DNA from: Candidatus Poribacteria bacterium
GTDB taxonomy: Bacteria; Poribacteria; WGA-4E; PCPOR2b
DNA: 64,000 bases
Assembly: GCA_963665285.1 (NCBI GenBank)
Contig: OY762266.1
Location: 2,120,059-2,184,058 of the forward strand
Direction of reading: 5' to 3'
In this document: positions 55,395 through 64,000 of the stretch, piece after piece
How positions within the stretch are numbered: position 1 is the stretch's first letter
Layout of the letters: each line of letters begins with the position of its first letter
Made by a program: the position numbers and the translations under genes
Notes under the pieces: model-generated
Database searches by the model: none
Told to the model about the DNA's origin: nothing
Seen by the model: the letters and a program-made list of their open reading frames with translations, nothing else

Positions 55395-56468
55395 TTAGAC
55401 CTCCATCAACTCCGCCCGCAAACGCTCGACATCAACACGAGTACCCGTCTGCGCTGACGTGTTACACGCCTCCATCAATATCCACGTTCCCAATGTGGTT
55501 TCCTGCAACCATTCCCGATCTTTGCCGGTGGAGAGGGTATCTGCAAAGGCATCAAACTGAAGCCGATCGTCTTCGACGAGTCCGGGGTGGAGATCTTGAA
55601 GCTGATAATCTTCGACACATTCACCCTTACGGAAAAGCTGGAGATGTCCCGCATCCCGCCGAATATCCCCATTTTCCCCGTGAAATGTCCAATGACCACT
55701 CCATCCGAATGGGTTTGCATGGGAGGCGTTAGTTCCCGTATAGCAGAAAGGTGCACCGTTTGGGTATTCCAGCAACGCTTGACCACCCGCTGTTCCCCAA
55801 ACACCGGTCCGAGCGATATCATGGTCTTCCCGTAGGTGGACACACGCCGTCACATATTTCGGCAGTCCTTTCGCGGCAACAAGTTGATCGAGTTGATGTG
55901 CTGTGGCAGCGTGAAAGAAGATCCCTTCAACGTAAGCGTCCGGGTAACGTGAGTTATCCGCTCGCCAGAGATTTTGTCGAATCCAGAATCGACACTCTCC
56001 GCCAAGCATTTCGCCGATACCATCCGATCCACGCAGCCACTCGCGCATCTTGGAAGCGGCAGGGTTCCAGCGTTTATTTTGTCCCTGTACTAACATCAGA
56101 TCGGGATGCGCCTTGCGAACCTTGATAATTTCCCGAAACTCCTCCGACGTTGTCGCAATTGGTTTGACACACAACGTATGCATCCCAAGATTCAGGCTCT
56201 CGACGACCAGTTTGGCGTGCACCGGTGTCGAAGCGTAGATGAGGCATACCTCTGCGTGATGTCTCGCCCGCGCTTCAGTGATTGTCGTATAGATCCGGTC
56301 ACCAAGTCCTTCGGGCACATCGCCCTCCAACGACCCTACCCCCTCTCGCGCTTCGTCGAGGTTGATATCCACACAGGCGACAGGATACAACCCCTCGCAG
56401 TTGACCGACGCCTGAAGCCGCCCAAGGGCGAAATGGGTGCAGCCCACATGAATAGTTGGTATAGCCAT
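55395..56468 (-). CDS. Gfo/Idh/MocA-family NAD(P)-dependent oxidoreductase
   Basis: N-terminal Rossmann fold and C-terminal alpha/beta domain typical of the family. AAAGGAGGC lies upstream of the ATG at 56468. Confidence 0.8.
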   Translation of the reverse strand: MAIPTIHVGCTHFALGRLQASVNCEGLYPVACVDINLDEAREGVGSLEGDVPEGLGDRIYTTITEARARHHAEVCLIYASTPVHAKLVVESLNLGMHTLCVKPIATTSEEFREIIKVRKAHPDLMLVQGQNKRWNPAASKMREWLRGSDGIGEMLGGECRFWIRQNLWRADNSRYPDAYVEGIFFHAATAHQLDQLVAAKGLPKYVTACVHLREDHDIARTGVWGTAGGQALLEYPNGAPFCYTGTNASHANPFGWSGHWTFHGENGDIRRDAGHLQLFRKGECVEDYQLQDLHPGLVEDDRLQFDAFADTLSTGKDREWLQETTLGTWILMEACNTSAQTGTRVDVERLRAELMEV

Positions 56469-56485
56469 GATTGCCTCCTTTCAAG

Positions 56486-56526
56486 AAACCGAGTTTTTTC
56501 CTGAAAACTCGGTTTCTGTTGTACAC
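56486..56526. repeat. REP-like palindrome, copy 3 (AAGAAACCGAGTTTTTTCCTGAAAACTCGGTTTCTGTTGTACAC)
   Basis: Same 12-bp stem as the element at 46577. Its right arm is the reverse complement of GTGTACAACAGAAACCGAGTTTT. It lies between the HpcH-like and Gfo/Idh/MocA genes. Confidence 0.55.
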
Positions 56527-56543
56527 AACATGAGCTAACGGTG

Positions 56544-57326
56544 CTACTCTCCCAGTGCTTCGTCAAAATCTTGGATGTTGTGTTCCAACACAACTGTCAA
56601 TGAAAAATCTCCGCCGTAAGCCAACAACTGCGCTCCCATCCCACGGTACTTTTTGATCAGTTCAGGTGTGCCAGCGGGAATACCCCAAGCGATGCCGTGC
56701 CTTTTGGCTACATCGGCAACTTGGGCGATGGCTTCATCAAGACTAAGCTGTCCTTCGCCTTCACTATGGCTCAGGCGTAGCCCAAGATCTGCTGGACCGA
56801 CGAAGAGTGCATCCACTCCCTGCACAGCCGCAATCTCTTCGACATTCTCAAGTGCCTGCGGTGTCTCGATTTGAACCGCGATGAAGGTTTCTCGATTGGC
56901 ATCATTGGTATAGGTGCTGTCTGGACTCCAGACCTCAAGCCCGAAATCGCCATCTAGACCGGCACCGTCCATGCCACGATTGCCTTCAGGCGGAAATTTC
57001 ACAGCGTTCACAATATGTTGGGCGTCCGCTGCATCTGAGACCAAGGGCATCATCAAACCGGTCGCGCCATCTTCGAAGTAGCGATATAGGCGTGTCCGTT
57101 CTTGAGTAGGAGGCCGTACCATGCAGTCGATATCGTTGTGATGGCATAGTCCCAACAGACTCTGTACCTCACGATCGGTCATCGCTCGGTGCTCCAAGTC
57201 CAGCCAGATGACATCGTAGCCGAAATGTGCGGCGTAACGCACAAAAAACGGCAGGTAGTGTCCCAAGCCGCACACTCGTGCGCATCGGTTTTGGTGGATC
57301 TTCTTCAGGGTTTTACTGTTTCTCAT
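56544..57326 (-). CDS. HpcH/HpaI-family aldolase (2-keto-3-deoxy-acid aldolase/citrate-lyase beta-like)
   Basis: TIM-barrel aldolase family (…DVIWLDLEHRAM…, C-terminal LAYGGD). AGGAGGAAC lies upstream of the internal ATG (MRNSKT). The start coordinate is uncertain by ±1. Confidence 0.75.
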   Translation of the reverse strand: MRNSKTLKKIHQNRCARVCGLGHYLPFFVRYAAHFGYDVIWLDLEHRAMTDREVQSLLGLCHHNDIDCMVRPPTQERTRLYRYFEDGATGLMMPLVSDAADAQHIVNAVKFPPEGNRGMDGAGLDGDFGLEVWSPDSTYTNDANRETFIAVQIETPQALENVEEIAAVQGVDALFVGPADLGLRLSHSEGEGQLSLDEAIAQVADVAKRHGIAWGIPAGTPELIKKYRGMGAQLLAYGGDFSLTVVLEHNIQDFDEALGE

Positions 57327-57443
57327 GTTCCTCCTCGTTTGGGTTAAGGACATTTAGGTTTCCTGTAGGAGGGATCTCCGAATCCCGACATCCCGATCCC
57401 AACTTCCTACTCAGATAGGGAGAAAACCGAAAACTAAATTGCC

Positions 57444-58301
57444 CTAGTCACAGATAAAAATGGATTCCATAAGCCAATTCGTTACGTCGGGATATTGATC
57501 GAGATCCAAGACAAATTCCTGTCCCCGACTAGCACTCTTTAGGTAGGCATATCGATCATCGTGCCTCCAGCGGTCAAGTTTGGGGTGGTAAGTGAGTGGG
57601 CACTTGCCCTCATCAGGGTAGAAACACCGAGGCAAGCGCCAATCTGTTACCCCTGATCCATTTGGGTCTGTCAATATCAATCGTTCGTGAGATTTCAGGA
57701 AGCAGCCCGCGCCCTGTGCTATCGATCCACCGCCCAAATTCAACCCACAGGACGCAACATACACCGTGTTGGTCGAATCCTTATCTCGTGAGGGGTGTCG
57801 GTGCGGATGGTAGCGTGTCCATGGAAGTTCATCCTTCGCTAGTTCATCGACTTTGTGAATTTCTCCAATCTGAAGCCAGCCCCATAGGATATGTTGCCTA
57901 GGGGTGCCTTTGACAAAACACCACCTACCGGAAGTTTGTTCAATCTTTTGGAAGAGACCGAAAAATAGGAACAGATCGCCGATTTGCACCGCTTGGTTTT
58001 CTAGATGGCCTTGGGCTGCGCCCGACTGACCAAACAGGGGTTGCCAACCCGCTTGGCGCCGATAGGCAACGGGGTTGATGTCGGGGTCTAAGTGGGCATC
58101 GCGATCTCGCTTAACACATTTTCCGGTAAGGCCCTCGACTACCTCCCCGATATTTGTGTCGCCATGCCATAGGTCAGCGTAGGTGATTTCTGACGGGTCA
58201 TAAGGTATCGGTAGAGAGTACAGTGTGCTGTTAGGGAAAATGGGACTGGGACAACCGCCCGATTGTGAATCAAATCCCTTCCTGCTGAGAATCAATCTCA
58301 T
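57444..58301 (-). CDS. Hypothetical protein
   Basis: Protein-like ORF with no recognisable family. The likely start is the internal ATG (MRLILSRKGF). The ORF track extends it to 58346. Confidence 0.4.
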   Translation of the reverse strand: MRLILSRKGFDSQSGGCPSPIFPNSTLYSLPIPYDPSEITYADLWHGDTNIGEVVEGLTGKCVKRDRDAHLDPDINPVAYRRQAGWQPLFGQSGAAQGHLENQAVQIGDLFLFFGLFQKIEQTSGRWCFVKGTPRQHILWGWLQIGEIHKVDELAKDELPWTRYHPHRHPSRDKDSTNTVYVASCGLNLGGGSIAQGAGCFLKSHERLILTDPNGSGVTDWRLPRCFYPDEGKCPLTYHPKLDRWRHDDRYAYLKSASRGQEFVLDLDQYPDVTNWLMESIFICD

Positions 58302-58717
58302 GTCTGATGTGCTCCTTAACCAATTGAAAAGTTCCTTCAATCCCAAAAAAGATTGACCATTGGATTAATTAAGATGCCTTCCATTATAACCGATTGCCGT
58401 AGCGAAAAGGGATTAAAATTTGTGCGGTGTTTTTTTTGCCTGAAAACCCCCTTACGACTTACGCAGTTGAAAGATGAGACGTTGCAGTTCGGTGTTTCAT
58501 CACCAATGCGGGGCAAGATGCCCCGCCTACGATGGGTATGGAGTCTGAACATGTCGCTCGACGCCCGATAAATCGGGCAACTACAATCTGAAGTGCGTAA
58601 CTCCTACCCTCTATGAAAAGTGCGACTTTTTCGTTGCGGAATTGGACGGACTTTGCTATGATACCCGAAACTAAAGCCGAATCATGAATCTATTTTTCAG
58701 GCACATCGGAGGACTCA

Positions 58718-60451
58718 ATGCGACAAAAGATTAGCGGTACAGGCGGAATGATCCTAGTCAAGATGCTCAAGGAATGCGGGGTCGAATATCTCTTTACCAA
58801 CCCCGGCTCGGCAGAAACAGGGTTATTTGCAGCTGTTGCCGAAGATGGGGATTTGAAAATTGCTATGGCGAAACATGAGGGACTGGTCTCCGCCATGGCA
58901 GATGGATACTACCGCACCAGCGGCAAAGTAGGGGTAGCTATCGCCCATGTGACCGGCGGCTCGCTTCAGATGGCGGGTCAACTCTACAACGCCCAGATGG
59001 CAGGTTCGGCGGTGGTTGTCATCGCTGGAGATTGGACAATGGAGGTTCAGGATTTTCGAGGTTTAACACCTTTCCCCGGACTGAGTCAGGCAGAACTGAT
59101 GCGTGGCGTGACCAAAGAGGCACGGTGTGCTTATCAAGTGAGCTATCAACCGGAGGCACTTACGGTCGCAACAGCGAGGGCGATGCGGGAGGCGACGAAC
59201 CCACCAACGGGTCCCGTTTTTATCTCGGTGAACGCGAATCTGTTCCAGCAGGAGGACCTTGAGGCGGAGATCGGAGAGGGTGCAGGGTATCAGATCGAGG
59301 GGCCGGGAGCGGCACGACCCCAAACAATAGAGACGATTGCTCAAAAACTTGGCGAGTGTAGTTGCCCCGCATTGATGTTCGGTGATGATGTTTGGAACCA
59401 AAACGCACAAGACGAAGCAGTGCAATTGGCAGAATTGCTCGGCGCACCGGTTTTCAGCAGCCGGCAAACCAGTGCCAACTTCCCGACGCATCATCCGCTG
59501 TCCTGCGGCGGCTATCCAATAGAAAAGGACTTTTCTGAGATAACAGGTCTGCAACCCGATCTCCTGTTCATGGTTGGCTGTCGAGGACTTCATGGGGCTG
59601 CGGAGGAACCGACTGTGATGCAGATTGGTCCCAACCCAACGCTGATGGGGCGGCACTACCCGCTCGATCTGGCTGCCCAATGCAACCTAAAGGACACGCT
59701 ACCGGCCCTGTGTGAGACGATATCCAGCATGTACGGGGCTGATACCATCGAGTTGTGGCGCAACCAACGCGCCAAGGTCTCAACATACGCAAAACGCCTG
59801 ATTGAGCGCGAGGAAGCGGTGGTACGGGAGCATGCGGACGACGATGTGATTCACCCCAGTCTGCTGGAGGCACAGATGGCGACGCTCCTGCCGAAAGACT
59901 CGATAATTATTGGTGAAAATCCGACCGCCCGAACAACACTGCTGCCGTTTGGGTATCAGCAGATGTGGCGATTTGGCGGTGGTGGCGGCTCACTTGGTTG
60001 GGCGGTTGGCGGTGCAGTTGGCGCGAAGATTGGTATTGGAGAGGAAAGACCTGTCGTCCTGAGTATCGGCGACGGTTCGCTTACCTATAGCGCAGCAGGG
60101 TTCTGGTCTATGGCTCGCTACAAGACCCCTGTGTTGACAGTTGTTTCCAACAACGAAAGCTATCAGGTGGTTCGTATAAACTGGGCGCGGGAAATGCCGG
60201 ACAGTCAGATGGTGCAGGAAGGCAAGTATCCCGGACTCTTCCTTGGGGGACCGTCGATTGATTACGCTGGGCTCGCTCGTTCTCAGGGTGTGGGGGGCGA
60301 ACGTGTCACCGATCCTTCTGAACTGGAGGCGGCACTCAAGCGGGGAGTTGACTGTATCATGAAGGAAAATCGACCGTATCTGCTTGATGTCGTCGTCGCG
60401 CGAGAAGGAATTGGACATGAGTCCGAATGGCATCAAGGCTGGCAGATGTAG
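58718..60451 (+). CDS. Thiamine-pyrophosphate-dependent enzyme (acetolactate-synthase/benzoylformate-decarboxylase/sulfoacetaldehyde-acetyltransferase-like)
   Basis: N-terminal TPP-Pyr domain (EYLFTNPGS...), a central domain, and a C-terminal TPP-PP domain with a GDGS-type motif (SIGDGSLTYSAAGFWSMARYKTPVLTVVSNNESY). GGAGG is 5 nt upstream of the ATG. Confidence 0.85.
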   Translation: MRQKISGTGGMILVKMLKECGVEYLFTNPGSAETGLFAAVAEDGDLKIAMAKHEGLVSAMADGYYRTSGKVGVAIAHVTGGSLQMAGQLYNAQMAGSAVVVIAGDWTMEVQDFRGLTPFPGLSQAELMRGVTKEARCAYQVSYQPEALTVATARAMREATNPPTGPVFISVNANLFQQEDLEAEIGEGAGYQIEGPGAARPQTIETIAQKLGECSCPALMFGDDVWNQNAQDEAVQLAELLGAPVFSSRQTSANFPTHHPLSCGGYPIEKDFSEITGLQPDLLFMVGCRGLHGAAEEPTVMQIGPNPTLMGRHYPLDLAAQCNLKDTLPALCETISSMYGADTIELWRNQRAKVSTYAKRLIEREEAVVREHADDDVIHPSLLEAQMATLLPKDSIIIGENPTARTTLLPFGYQQMWRFGGGGGSLGWAVGGAVGAKIGIGEERPVVLSIGDGSLTYSAAGFWSMARYKTPVLTVVSNNESYQVVRINWAREMPDSQMVQEGKYPGLFLGGPSIDYAGLARSQGVGGERVTDPSELEAALKRGVDCIMKENRPYLLDVVVAREGIGHESEWHQGWQM

Positions 60452-60485
60452 AACAAATTTCCGCGTTTTGTGTAGGAGGAAAAAT

Positions 60486-62720
60486 ATGCGTTTTGGAGTA
60501 CAATTATGTGTTTTGGCTTTCTCAGCGATGTTGTCTATATCCATTATGGTCATTGCTGATGAGGAAGTTGAAGAGATTGTCATGCTGGAAGAGGTGATAG
60601 TTACCGCCCAAAAGCGTGAGCAGCGATCTTTTGATGTGCCGCTCTCTATTTCGACGCTGCAGGGCGAAAAATCCGACGCCTTGCGCTCATCTGGCATGGA
60701 TGTGCGATTTTTGTCGAACCGCACGCCCAGCTTGCAGATGGAATCCTCGTTTGGGCGTGTTTTCCCACGTTTTTATATCCGTGGCTTGGGCAATACGGAT
60801 TTTGATCTCAATGCTTCGCAGCCGGTTTCCGTTCTCTACGACGGGATTGTGCTTGAAAATGCTTTACTGAAAGGTTTTCCTGCTTTTGATCTTGATCGGA
60901 TTGAAGTGCTGCGAGGTCCACAAGGCACGCTGTTTGGACGTAATACCCCCGCAGGAATTGTCAAATTTGAATCGGCGCGTCCCACGCAAACATCCGAAGG
61001 ATATGGTCGGTTGAGCTACGGACAGTTCAACAGCAGTAATTTTGAGGGAGCGTGGTCTGGTCCGGTTATTCCATCTGTACTCGCCGCGAGACTTTCACTG
61101 CTTGTTCAGCAGCGGGGCGACTGGATAGATAACGAATACACCGAGGAGGAAGATGCCCTAGGGGGACATCGGGACATAGCCGGACGCTTGCAGTTTTTAT
61201 GGACACCCACCCCGGAACTGGAAGCATGGGTAAAAGTCCATGCCCGCGATCTCGATGGCACCGCGCGCTTGTTTCGCGCTAATACCCTGTCAGAGGGCGA
61301 GGGAGATCTAGTGTCGGGTTTTGACCGTGACCGCATCGCGCACGACGGGCGCAATGAGCAAACCTTGAGCACACAGGGCTTGGCGGCTGAACTGCGTTAT
61401 GACATAGGGGACTTCCAACTGGTTTCGCTGACGGGATTGGAGCGGCTTACCACCTTTTCGCGTGGAGACATTGACGGCGGATATGGCGCGGTCTTCACTG
61501 ATTCAAGTGGGCCCGGGACGATACCTTTTCCGTCTGAAACTGGGGCCGGTATTCCTGCGCTGCGCCAGTTTAGCCAAGAAGTTCGTCTGGTGAGCACAGG
61601 ACGCTACCGTCTCGCCTATCAGTTTGGGTTGTACTATTTCCGTGAATTTGTGGAGATGGAGGATTTTAACTACAATACTTTAGCTGAGGGCGCCCAAGAT
61701 GGGTTGGTGCGTCAAGAACAACTAGCCATCGCACGGGCGGCATTTGCGGCGTTGACCTTCCGATTGGTCGAGGATCTGGAATTGGGTGTTGGTTTACGAT
61801 TGTCTAATGATACGAAGGACTATACAGCGTGGAGGGAGGAGGCACCAGCTGTCACGGAGGCGGATCCCATCGGTCCCATCCACGAGAGTCCTGAAGCCAC
61901 GGTATGGAGCGGGGATCTGAGCCTGCGCTATGAGATCACGCCGAGTGTGCAGACGTATCTCCGCGCAGCGCGTGGTTTTCGCGCTCCCAGTATTCAAGGG
62001 CGTCTTCTGTTTGGCGATGAGGTTACAATAGCGGATACGGAGACTATTCTGTCTGTTGAAGGCGGCACAAAGTTGCGCCTGTTGGGGCAACGACTACACC
62101 TGAATCTGGCTGCGTTCCAGTATTTTATGCAGGATCAGCAGCTCACCGCGGTGGGCGGAGAAACCAATTTTAACCGGCTGGTGAACGCTGAGAGCACCGT
62201 CGGACGCGGCGTCGAAGCAGAATTGGTTCTCGCACCGATCACAGCACTGGAGGTTACAGCGGGAGTCAGTTACAACCAAACACGCATTGACGATCCAAGC
62301 TTGGCTATACAGGGCTGCGGCGCACCATGCACAGTGTTGAATCCGCGCGGGGCTGCTGAAGGGACTTTTTCCATTGACGGCAACAGTTTACCGCAGGCTC
62401 CGGGTTGGATTGCAGATATGACACTGCGCTACGCGCTTGATCTTCCGGCAGGCCTACGCCTCATCGCCTCTACAGATTGGGCTTATCGCAGCCGCGTGCG
62501 GTTCTTTCTCTACGATTCTGTCGAATATGCCGATGACTGGCTCTTAGAGGGCGGACTCCGCCTTGCCTGCTTATTACCATACGGCAACACAGAGGTGGCA
62601 ATCATAGGACGCAACATCCTTAACGACACGTCCCCCACCGGTGGCATCGACTTCAACAACCTAACTGGCTATGTGAATGAACCCCGGTTTTGGGGTCTGG
62701 AAGTGGTACGGCGATTTTAA
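60486..62720 (+). CDS. TonB-dependent outer-membrane receptor
   Basis: A signal peptide, a TonB-box/plug region (VIVTAQKREQRSFDVPLSISTL), a 22-strand barrel-length sequence, and a C-terminal aromatic (…VVRRF). AGGAGGA is 5 nt upstream of the ATG at 60486. Confidence 0.85.
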   Translation: MRFGVQLCVLAFSAMLSISIMVIADEEVEEIVMLEEVIVTAQKREQRSFDVPLSISTLQGEKSDALRSSGMDVRFLSNRTPSLQMESSFGRVFPRFYIRGLGNTDFDLNASQPVSVLYDGIVLENALLKGFPAFDLDRIEVLRGPQGTLFGRNTPAGIVKFESARPTQTSEGYGRLSYGQFNSSNFEGAWSGPVIPSVLAARLSLLVQQRGDWIDNEYTEEEDALGGHRDIAGRLQFLWTPTPELEAWVKVHARDLDGTARLFRANTLSEGEGDLVSGFDRDRIAHDGRNEQTLSTQGLAAELRYDIGDFQLVSLTGLERLTTFSRGDIDGGYGAVFTDSSGPGTIPFPSETGAGIPALRQFSQEVRLVSTGRYRLAYQFGLYYFREFVEMEDFNYNTLAEGAQDGLVRQEQLAIARAAFAALTFRLVEDLELGVGLRLSNDTKDYTAWREEAPAVTEADPIGPIHESPEATVWSGDLSLRYEITPSVQTYLRAARGFRAPSIQGRLLFGDEVTIADTETILSVEGGTKLRLLGQRLHLNLAAFQYFMQDQQLTAVGGETNFNRLVNAESTVGRGVEAELVLAPITALEVTAGVSYNQTRIDDPSLAIQGCGAPCTVLNPRGAAEGTFSIDGNSLPQAPGWIADMTLRYALDLPAGLRLIASTDWAYRSRVRFFLYDSVEYADDWLLEGGLRLACLLPYGNTEVAIIGRNILNDTSPTGGIDFNNLTGYVNEPRFWGLEVVRRF

Positions 62721-62727
62721 TAGTAGA

Positions 62728-62841
62728 TTTTAGAATTACTGATACACTTTCAATGCAAAACCAACCCCCTAAATCCCCCTTGTCAGGGGGACTTGGGAAA
62801 CTTCGAGCGGGGCGGAGTTATTGGTAAATGTCTTCTTATTT
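62728..62841. repeat. 114-nt intergenic repeat, copy B, containing the hairpin CCCCCT-TGTC-AGGGGG
   Basis: See copy A at 51307-51420. Confidence 0.7.
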
Positions 62842-62904
62842 CGCGTGTTTACTGTAAACAACCGCAAGGCATTCCTTCGATCCCTTGAATCTTGGATGTA
62901 AGAG

Positions 62905-64000
62905 ATGTTTAATAAATCCTTTTTGCCCAAAGCACTCTTTGAATTTGTCGTCATCTCCGATTCCCACTATATGCTCGATCCGGGCGGGGACTCTCTCGAA
63001 TTTGAGAATCGTCGCAAGCAATCTGTTCGGCGAGAAGTAGCCTTGCGCATGGCGGCGGCACTCGCACCTGAGTTTGTTGTGCACAACGGAGATATGGTTC
63101 AGGAATATCCCGACAATGCAGAGCGATTTTACAAATCGATGGACGAATCGCTTGAACAGATGCGAGCGTGTGGCATTGCGCCTTACTATGTTGCGGGAAA
63201 TCATGACATCGGCGATAAGCCCGATCCGACCGCGCCCGCTTCCCACGTCAGTCGAGAGGTGCTGGATTGGTATCATCGGAGGTTCGGGCAGTCGTGGTAT
63301 AGCTTTGATCAGGGGGATTGCCATTTTGTGGTACTCAATTCGCAGATCATGAATGGCACACTTCCTGATGCTGCTGAACAAGAGGCGTGGGTGGAAAAAG
63401 ACTTGGCTGAACATGCAAAGAAACGCCTTTTCATCCTTCTACACATGCCACCCTATCTGTTCGATGAAACCGAGCCTTCGATGGGGCATTACGACAATCT
63501 GGCAAATCCCACAAGAGTTTGGCTCCTCAATCTAGTGCGAATTTACAAAGTCGAGATGCTCCTCGGCGGGCATGTCCACTTCGCTTTCTTTGATCACCTA
63601 GCGGATACCCGATACGCGGTTTTAGCCTCCCCTGTTTTTACCCGCCCCGGATTTTCCTGCCTGTTTTCCGGTACCCCACCACCTGAACGAGGGCGAAATG
63701 ATGTGCCCAAATTTGGATTTTACCTAATGAGAGTGAGATCGGATAGCACGGACCTCCATTTCATTCGGACCGCCGGAGTTGAAAAGTTTTCACCAAATAC
63801 GGAAGAACGGCTCATCACACGGGTGAGCGGCACACTTCCTCACTCCCCACTCGGCATGACGCTGAGTCAGCCGCTGTCTACGACTGCTGAAATTCCACGT
63901 GCTTGGCCCGCTGCGATACGGGAGAAGGTGAGGAATGACTATCCCCTGCTTGCCTGCATGGAGATGGGGGTTGGATATGTCCGTGCGCCACTTACAGATT
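62905..64000 (+). CDS. Calcineurin-like metallophosphoesterase (partial, runs off the 3' end of the window)
   Basis: Manual translation from the ATG at 62905 is open to the window end. It shows the MPP motifs VVISDSHY, HNGDMV, GNHD and GGHVHF. It is absent from the ORF track because no stop codon falls inside the window. Confidence 0.75.
   Translation, partial: MFNKSFLPKALFEFVVISDSHYMLDPGGDSLEFENRRKQSVRREVALRMAAALAPEFVVHNGDMVQEYPDNAERFYKSMDESLEQMRACGIAPYYVAGNHDIGDKPDPTAPASHVSREVLDWYHRRFGQSWYSFDQGDCHFVVLNSQIMNGTLPDAAEQEAWVEKDLAEHAKKRLFILLHMPPYLFDETEPSMGHYDNLANPTRVWLLNLVRIYKVEMLLGGHVHFAFFDHLADTRYAVLASPVFTRPGFSCLFSGTPPPERGRNDVPKFGFYLMRVRSDSTDLHFIRTAGVEKFSPNTEERLITRVSGTLPHSPLGMTLSQPLSTTAEIPRAWPAAIREKVRNDYPLLACMEMGVGYVRAPLTD

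Noticed and set aside
58347-58717. TPP riboswitch upstream of the TPP-dependent enzyme
   Set aside because: No CTGAGA / ACCTGATCTGGATAATGCCAGCG-type core is visible. TPP enzymes are also not the usual riboswitch targets.
59063-59680. 205-aa minus-strand ORF inside the TPP-enzyme gene
   Set aside because: It is antisense to a strongly supported gene.
62836-63414. 192-aa minus-strand ORF at the window end
   Set aside because: It is antisense to a well-supported plus-strand metallophosphoesterase gene (62905-64000). That gene is missing from the ORF track only because it has no stop in the window.
1-64000. CRISPR arrays, rRNA genes, integrases/phage blocks
   Set aside because: No regularly spaced direct repeats with unique spacers, no rRNA-like conserved stretches and no phage structural genes were seen. 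The only mobile DNA is the IS3 remnant.

Overview
This 64 kb window is bacterial chromosomal DNA, about 50% GC, from a lineage that uses Shine-Dalgarno sites. One encoded protein carries a Por/T9SS-type C-terminal sorting domain together with dockerin-like repeats, which suggests an uncultured or non-model lineage. The content is a mix of core and accessory genes. Core genes are an aapJQMP-like amino-acid ABC transporter operon, rqcH, a tRNA-Pro, a hom-thrC ... lysC-yceD-rpmF-fabHDG-acpP-fabF block, an aminotransferase and a glyoxalase. Accessory or catabolic genes are a three-subunit molybdenum hydroxylase (coxMSL-like), a soxBDAG-like heterotetrameric amine oxidase operon with a PhyH dioxygenase, a DUF3604-like protein and an acyl-CoA synthetase, two enolase-superfamily dehydratases with a sugar-phosphate isomerase, a BNR/Gfo-Idh-MocA/HpcH-aldolase/TPP-enzyme/TonB-receptor locus, and a partial metallophosphoesterase at the 3' edge. 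The strongest candidate for something new is a small lipoprotein at 53624..54008 on the minus strand. Its heavy-metal-associated (MerP/CopZ-like) domain is interrupted by an in-frame TGA exactly at the first Cys of the GMTCxxC metal-binding motif, and a SECIS-like hairpin lies 16 nt downstream. This fits a selenocysteine-containing HMA protein (GMT-U-GGC). Other notable points follow. A secreted WD40/dockerin/T9SS-CTD protein is inserted between thrC and lysC and is flanked by members of a short intergenic repeat family. There are two more repeat families: a 114-nt element with two copies, and a REP-like palindrome with three copies. A deleted IS3-family remnant sits next to an AT-rich hypothetical gene. 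There is a probable frameshift at a G4 run. plsX is missing from its canonical place between rpmF and fabH. No CRISPR array or rRNA was seen. All calls come from reading the sequence and ORF translations. No database search was run.
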